A stretch of 60,888 bases of DNA from a virus (taxonomy: Duplodnaviria; Caudoviricetes). Numbering within the stretch: the stretch's first letter is position 1; every line of letters begins with the position of its first letter. Positions 56,856-60,888 of this stretch are shown here, piece after piece. The position numbers and the translations under genes were made by a program. The stretch spans positions 1-60,888 of IMG/VR virus record IMGVR_UViG_3300012683_000002, one strand, 5' to 3'. The notes beneath the pieces were generated by a model. That model saw nothing but the letters and a program-made list of their open reading frames with translations, was not told where the DNA came from and made no database searches.

Positions 56856-57506
56856 ATGATGAAATTCATCTGCACGGAATGCGGACCTCCCCCAAGGGAT
56901 ACGCCATGCCACCACTGGCAACTGAGTCAAATGGACGAGCGCTGGAAGTTTGTCGCCTCGGCTGTCGCGGAGTTGGTCGCGCTTGAAACCAAAAAGGCTG
57001 AGCGGACTCCAAATTTGGAGCGATCCCGGGATGACGATGGCATAAGGAAAATTCTCGAACAGATTATCGCGAATGAGGATAGTCTGTTTTCTGAGGCCGA
57101 TTTAATCCTTGAAGCGATCAACCGCTTAGTCAACTGGTTGCAAGCGCCGCACGGGATGGAGATTCGGCAACTTAATCATAAGGAGCAGGAAATGAGCACA
57201 GCAGCGGGCGGCACCAGCGTATTTCAGGAAGTGGCTACTCCTCCGGGATCGGTATTCCCGACAGGAACAACCTTTGCATGGTCGGTGGACGACACAGCCG
57301 ACATTTCTTTAACCCCATCAACCGATGGAACCCAGGTTTCGGCAGCGTGTGTCGTGAGTCCCGCGGGATCGAGTTATAACCTGACATCTACCAGCAATTA
57401 CACGCCTCCGGGGGCGCCCACGCCGGTCAGCGCGACGGTGAACGTGGCAATTACGCCGGCACCGCCGACAACGCCGACCGGGATGCAGATTAACCAGTTG
57501 TCGTAG
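56856..57506 (+). CDS. Hypothetical protein; C-terminal Ig-like domain probably also translated from internal ATG 57192
   Basis: RBS AAGGAG before 57192; Thr/Pro-rich beta-sandwich with W-S-V-D-D. Confidence 0.5.
   Translation: MMKFICTECGPPPRDTPCHHWQLSQMDERWKFVASAVAELVALETKKAERTPNLERSRDDDGIRKILEQIIANEDSLFSEADLILEAINRLVNWLQAPHGMEIRQLNHKEQEMSTAAGGTSVFQEVATPPGSVFPTGTTFAWSVDDTADISLTPSTDGTQVSAACVVSPAGSSYNLTSTSNYTPPGAPTPVSATVNVAITPAPPTTPTGMQINQLS
57007..57020. repeat. Perfect palindrome CTCCAAATTTGGAG
   Basis: Read directly; encodes TPNLE. Confidence 0.9.
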
Positions 57507-57795
57507 CCGAGGGGATGCGGCACGGGGAAGTTCCTGCAAGACGGGCGCACAGCAGGATGCTTCCTAAAGGTACGTCCGACTCCGTGGAGGGAAGACGTTC
57601 TCTGAGATGGCACCCGTGCCGCAAGCGCCCACTAATGTAGAGGCATAACATGAAGCTCAGTAATAAACCGAGACATTTTGCTCCCCACAAGCGACGACGA
57701 TCCCTACAGAAAAATCGCCCAGGGCATATGTCGAGTGGCAATGGAGCAAAAGTTGTGGTTCTCGACCCATTCCAAGTGCTTTCAAAATTTGTGAC

Positions 57796-58029
57796 GTGGC
57801 TCAAAAGGGCAGTCTAGTGAGGCAATGGCGATCCTGGCGGCACTGGCGCATCCGGCAAAGGCTCACGCAAGCCGAGTTCGCGAAGGCGACTGGGCTCTGT
57901 GTAAGGACGGTAAGAAACGTCGAAGCTGGGCGGCATAGACCGTTTCGCAAGACGCGGGAAGCCTTTGAGGTTCTAAAGCGTCGGTACAAGATCGCTCCAA
58001 ATTTGGAGCGCAAGAAGGTGGTTTGGTGA
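57796..58029 (+). CDS. XRE-family HTH protein
   Basis: RLTQAEFAKATGLCVRTVRNVEAGRHRP. Confidence 0.85.
   Translation: MAQKGSLVRQWRSWRHWRIRQRLTQAEFAKATGLCVRTVRNVEAGRHRPFRKTREAFEVLKRRYKIAPNLERKKVVW
57993..58010. repeat. 18-bp perfect palindrome CGCTCCAAATTTGGAGCG
   Basis: Read directly; lies inside the XRE gene. Confidence 0.9.
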
Positions 58030-58030
58030 G

Positions 58031-58504
58031 ATGAAGTATTTTCTCGACACGGAATTCATCGAGCGGGGAATGGAACATCCGATTGAACTTATTAGCATCG
58101 GCATTGTTTCTGAAGATGGTCGCGAATTCTACGCGGTTGGGGATTGGTGGGTTTACGCGCACGCAAACGACTGGGTTCAGAAAAACGTCATCGCTCATCT
58201 TGGGAATCATGCGCAAAGTAGCCGTACAGACATGGTGGAAGGCATTAGAGATTTCATCGGTGCGGATAAGCCGGAATTTTGGGGCTACTACGCCGATTAT
58301 GATTGGGTCGTCTTCGCCCAGCTTTTCGGCACGATGCTTGATTTGCCGAATGGATGGCCGATGTATTGTCGGGACATCAAACAGTTGTGCGACTCGCTAG
58401 GAAATCCGCCACTCCCAAAACAAGGAGCAACCGAGCACAACGCTATCAACGATGCCTACTGGAATAAGTTGGCTTACGAATTTCTGCTGAACCGTTTGAA
58501 ATGA
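58031..58504 (+). CDS. DEDDh 3'-5' exonuclease (Rv2179c/DUF5051-like)
   Basis: FLDTEF...LISIGIV..DGREFY...YDW...HNAINDA. Confidence 0.88.
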   Translation: MKYFLDTEFIERGMEHPIELISIGIVSEDGREFYAVGDWWVYAHANDWVQKNVIAHLGNHAQSSRTDMVEGIRDFIGADKPEFWGYYADYDWVVFAQLFGTMLDLPNGWPMYCRDIKQLCDSLGNPPLPKQGATEHNAINDAYWNKLAYEFLLNRLK

Positions 58505-58513
58505 GGAGTACCG

Positions 58514-58900
58514 ATGGATAACGAAAAACTTCAGCCGCAGCCTTTGAGCGGCCGGGAAGTCAAAAACGCGCTGCTCTACGCCGTCGAGCACGAACTCAAC
58601 AAGAGTGGTCACCTGCACGACGATAACGCGTATACATCGTTCAAAGCGGAAATCTCGATAAAACTGACGCTCAGCGACTTTGGCCGCGAAGTGAAAGACA
58701 ACCACGAGGTCATGGAGTCGGTCGAAACGGGGATCGAAGGGACGCCGGCATACGTCGAGGAGTCGAATGTCATCGTGCAACCCGCTCCGCCGAACCAAGT
58801 TCGCGTGGACACGCAACAGCCCGTGCCTGTGACCACGGTCGTGGACGGAAAAGCGACGACGCGGCATGTCAAATACGCTGCTCGCAAGGCGAAGCCGTGA
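58514..58900 (+). CDS. Hypothetical protein
   Basis: RBS GAGGAG; coupled to the downstream gene. Confidence 0.6.
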   Translation: MDNEKLQPQPLSGREVKNALLYAVEHELNKSGHLHDDNAYTSFKAEISIKLTLSDFGREVKDNHEVMESVETGIEGTPAYVEESNVIVQPAPPNQVRVDTQQPVPVTTVVDGKATTRHVKYAARKAKP

Positions 58901-59181
58901 GCGACGAGATTTCTGACTACCACCGAAGTCTCCGTTTAGTGCACGCCGCTGAGCGCATCGCCGACGCACTGGCAAAGCTCGCGGGTCTGGAAGAGAAAAA
59001 GTTTCAGAAAGCCTATCCCAAAGAAAAACCGCGCCGTCCAGCAGTGATTGAGAGACCTAGCGATGAAAAAAAAGAGCAATACAGTGACCGCGCCGACTCA
59101 GAGTGGATCGGCGAAACCGAACAAGTTGCCAGCCGCTTCCAAAAACGCTTTGACGATTCCAAAAGCGAACCTCAACCGTAA
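58897..59181 (+). CDS. Hypothetical protein
   Basis: GTGA overlap with the upstream gene. Confidence 0.5.
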   Translation: MSDEISDYHRSLRLVHAAERIADALAKLAGLEEKKFQKAYPKEKPRRPAVIERPSDEKKEQYSDRADSEWIGETEQVASRFQKRFDDSKSEPQP

Positions 59182-59770
59182 AGAAGCGGCTCTGTACCGG
59201 ATGGAAGTTAGTCCCGAAGAACTCGCGCTATGCCCTCCACTCTCCCCAATTTTCGGAAGCCGCCCAAATATCCTAGCCGCCGTCGAAGCGCTGCGCTTTT
59301 CTATCAAGCCTGTAGCCGCTGAATTTCTCCGCGTGTATGATGCGGTTCCGATTGAAGACCGCAGGCACTTGGCAAACGACCGCTTGCTCGAAGCGGTTGC
59401 CGTGAAAGCGAAAGTGGATTTCTCGGAACTCTTGGGGGAAATGATCTTTTCCTTTCGTTCGGCGCAGGCCCAAAAAAGCGCGGTCATGGCAATGGCCGAG
59501 CACCCTGACGTACTCCGCGCAAGTCTTCTGTACGCGTGTTCTCCTGGAGGCGTGCAGGACCGCAGAATGCTCCATGAAGCAGTCGGATTCCTGCCGACGC
59601 CGAAGGGAATGAACCTGAATCTGAACTTCCCGCAAGGCGTGCAGCAGCCACCGCCGAAAGATATTGTTGAGGATGTCAGTCCAGACGTGAACGACGTGTT
59701 CCCCATGATTACCGGGCCGCAGCAAAACTGGCAGGATCGCAGGCAAAAAATGTTGTCGCGAGAGAATTGA
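59063..59770 (+). CDS. Terminase small subunit candidate
   Basis: Helical protein whose stop overlaps the terL start (TGATG); assigned by position only. Confidence 0.45.
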   Translation: MKKKSNTVTAPTQSGSAKPNKLPAASKNALTIPKANLNRKEAALYRMEVSPEELALCPPLSPIFGSRPNILAAVEALRFSIKPVAAEFLRVYDAVPIEDRRHLANDRLLEAVAVKAKVDFSELLGEMIFSFRSAQAQKSAVMAMAEHPDVLRASLLYACSPGGVQDRRMLHEAVGFLPTPKGMNLNLNFPQGVQQPPPKDIVEDVSPDVNDVFPMITGPQQNWQDRRQKMLSREN

Positions 59771-60888
59771 TGTACTCGCCAAAGATCATTCAGAAGACTC
59801 TCGACGACTTCGCGGTACGCGAAGGCTGGAGGCCAGAACCGCAGTCGCTTTCTAGGGTCGAAGAATTCTCCAGCTATATCGACAGCATCATCCGCATCGA
59901 AAAAACCCAGTCCAGCCGCTACATCGACTTCAAACCGGAAGTGCGGCTAACGGAAAAACGGAAAAAAGAAATCCGTGACTTTATCGTCAACGAACAGTTC
60001 ATGTGCTTCGCGGACTCAAGTTATTGGGAGACGCGCTACGCCTACATCTGCGATGAGGCCGGAGAAGTATTCAAATTCAAGAACCGCAAGTCACAGGAAA
60101 TCTTTGACCGTATCCTTGATCCGTTCGACGAGCAGCAAGTAGCCATCGAGTTGTTTTGCATGAAGGCTCGACAAGTCGGCATCAGCACGAAAGTCGCGCT
60201 CAAGTTTCTGCACCGCTTACTCTTTCTCCCGAACACGCAAGGCGTCATGGCGTCCGTGAAAGGCCGAACGTCGATGCTGTTGGCTCGCATCCTCGATACC
60301 TGCTGGCAGCGGCAACCGTTTTGGCTCGTGCCGCCACAAAGCGGAACGAAGATGGACAAGCCGCAGTGGGCGAACGGTTCGATTCTCTCTATCCAGTCCG
60401 GATCTCAGGCAGTCGGAATCGCGCAAGGCTGGACGCCGCAGCTCGTCCACATAACCGAAATTGCCGACATTCCCGCTCCAAAAAAGACTTTAGAGGAAGG
60501 CTTGTTCCGCGCCACGCACTCAACTCGAAAACTGTTTTTCGTGCTGGAAGGCACGGGCGGAGATGCAACCAGTTGGCAAGCCGATAAGTGGCGTTACTAC
60601 AAGGCGCAGTGGGGTAAGGGTGGACGCTTCATGCCTATGTTTATTACGTGGCCGTGCGCGAGCGACCTTTATCCCGAAGCCGATTGGCTGAAGAAAAACC
60701 CGATCCCGGAACCGTGGGAGATGCGCGAGGAAACAAAGCGCATGATGCACAAAGCGGAACTCTACATCCGCTCGACCGATTATTTGGCTCGGATCATGGG
60801 CGGGAACTGGAAGATGCCGCGCGAGCAGGCGTGGTTCTGGGAAACGAATTTTACCGAAGCTCTAGCGAGCCACACCGTCAAAGTTTGG
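59770..60888 (+). CDS. terL: Terminase large subunit, N-terminal ATPase part (absent from ORF track; continues at position 1)
   Basis: MYSPKIIQ...MKARQVGIST (Walker A), VHITEIAD (Walker B), LEGTG (motif III); about 714 aa after joining. Confidence 0.92.
   Translation, partial: MYSPKIIQKTLDDFAVREGWRPEPQSLSRVEEFSSYIDSIIRIEKTQSSRYIDFKPEVRLTEKRKKEIRDFIVNEQFMCFADSSYWETRYAYICDEAGEVFKFKNRKSQEIFDRILDPFDEQQVAIELFCMKARQVGISTKVALKFLHRLLFLPNTQGVMASVKGRTSMLLARILDTCWQRQPFWLVPPQSGTKMDKPQWANGSILSIQSGSQAVGIAQGWTPQLVHITEIADIPAPKKTLEEGLFRATHSTRKLFFVLEGTGGDATSWQADKWRYYKAQWGKGGRFMPMFITWPCASDLYPEADWLKKNPIPEPWEMREETKRMMHKAELYIRSTDYLARIMGGNWKMPREQAWFWETNFTEALASHTVKVW
60766..60888. repeat. Terminal direct repeat, right copy
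   Basis: Identical to bases 1-123. Confidence 0.95.

Noticed and set aside
1-60888. CRISPR array, diversity-generating retroelement or retron
   Set aside because: No regularly spaced repeat-spacer array, no reverse transcriptase motifs and no template/variable repeat pair were seen by eye.
1-60888. Genome-wide TAG recoding
   Set aside because: Long ORFs are intact under the standard code and several genes end in TAG followed by a new RBS and start. Only one gene appears amber-interrupted.

Overview
The window looks like a complete, circularly assembled dsDNA tailed-phage genome of 60,765 bp. Bases 1-123 repeat at 60766-60888, and the terminase large subunit runs across that join (59770..end plus 1..1149). 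Gene order on the + strand is terminase, four glycosyltransferases, portal, two unlisted protamine-like micro-ORFs, scaffold, major capsid, head-completion genes, four very large fibre/adhesin proteins, lysis cassette, podovirus-like tail genes and ejection proteins. A recombination/replication block follows (RecT/Bet, PD-(D/E)XK nuclease, initiator-like genes, HNHs), then a minus-strand accessory block (serine recombinase, PAP2-family protein, DUF4121-like protein, clamp-loader-like ATPase). A PEP-CTERM protein, chitobiase/Fn3-associated repeats and an ASH-like domain suggest a diderm host, probably Acidobacteriota (inference). The most unusual signals are: (1) four consecutive Cys-rich fibre proteins (13.2 kb) that all start with Sec signal peptides, one placed ahead of a tailspike head-binding-like domain, suggesting virion appendages are exported and added outside the cytoplasm; (2) a shared 22-aa leader on the major capsid protein and an ejection protein; (3) a 14-bp palindrome, CTCCAAATTTGGAG, dispersed through the genome mostly in coding DNA; (4) a promoter-driven structured RNA of about 570 nt with a pseudoknot, upstream of the replication genes; (5) a GTTACA repeat array at the divergent strand switch. 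All protein calls are by motif recognition and gene context; no database searches or folding programs were run.
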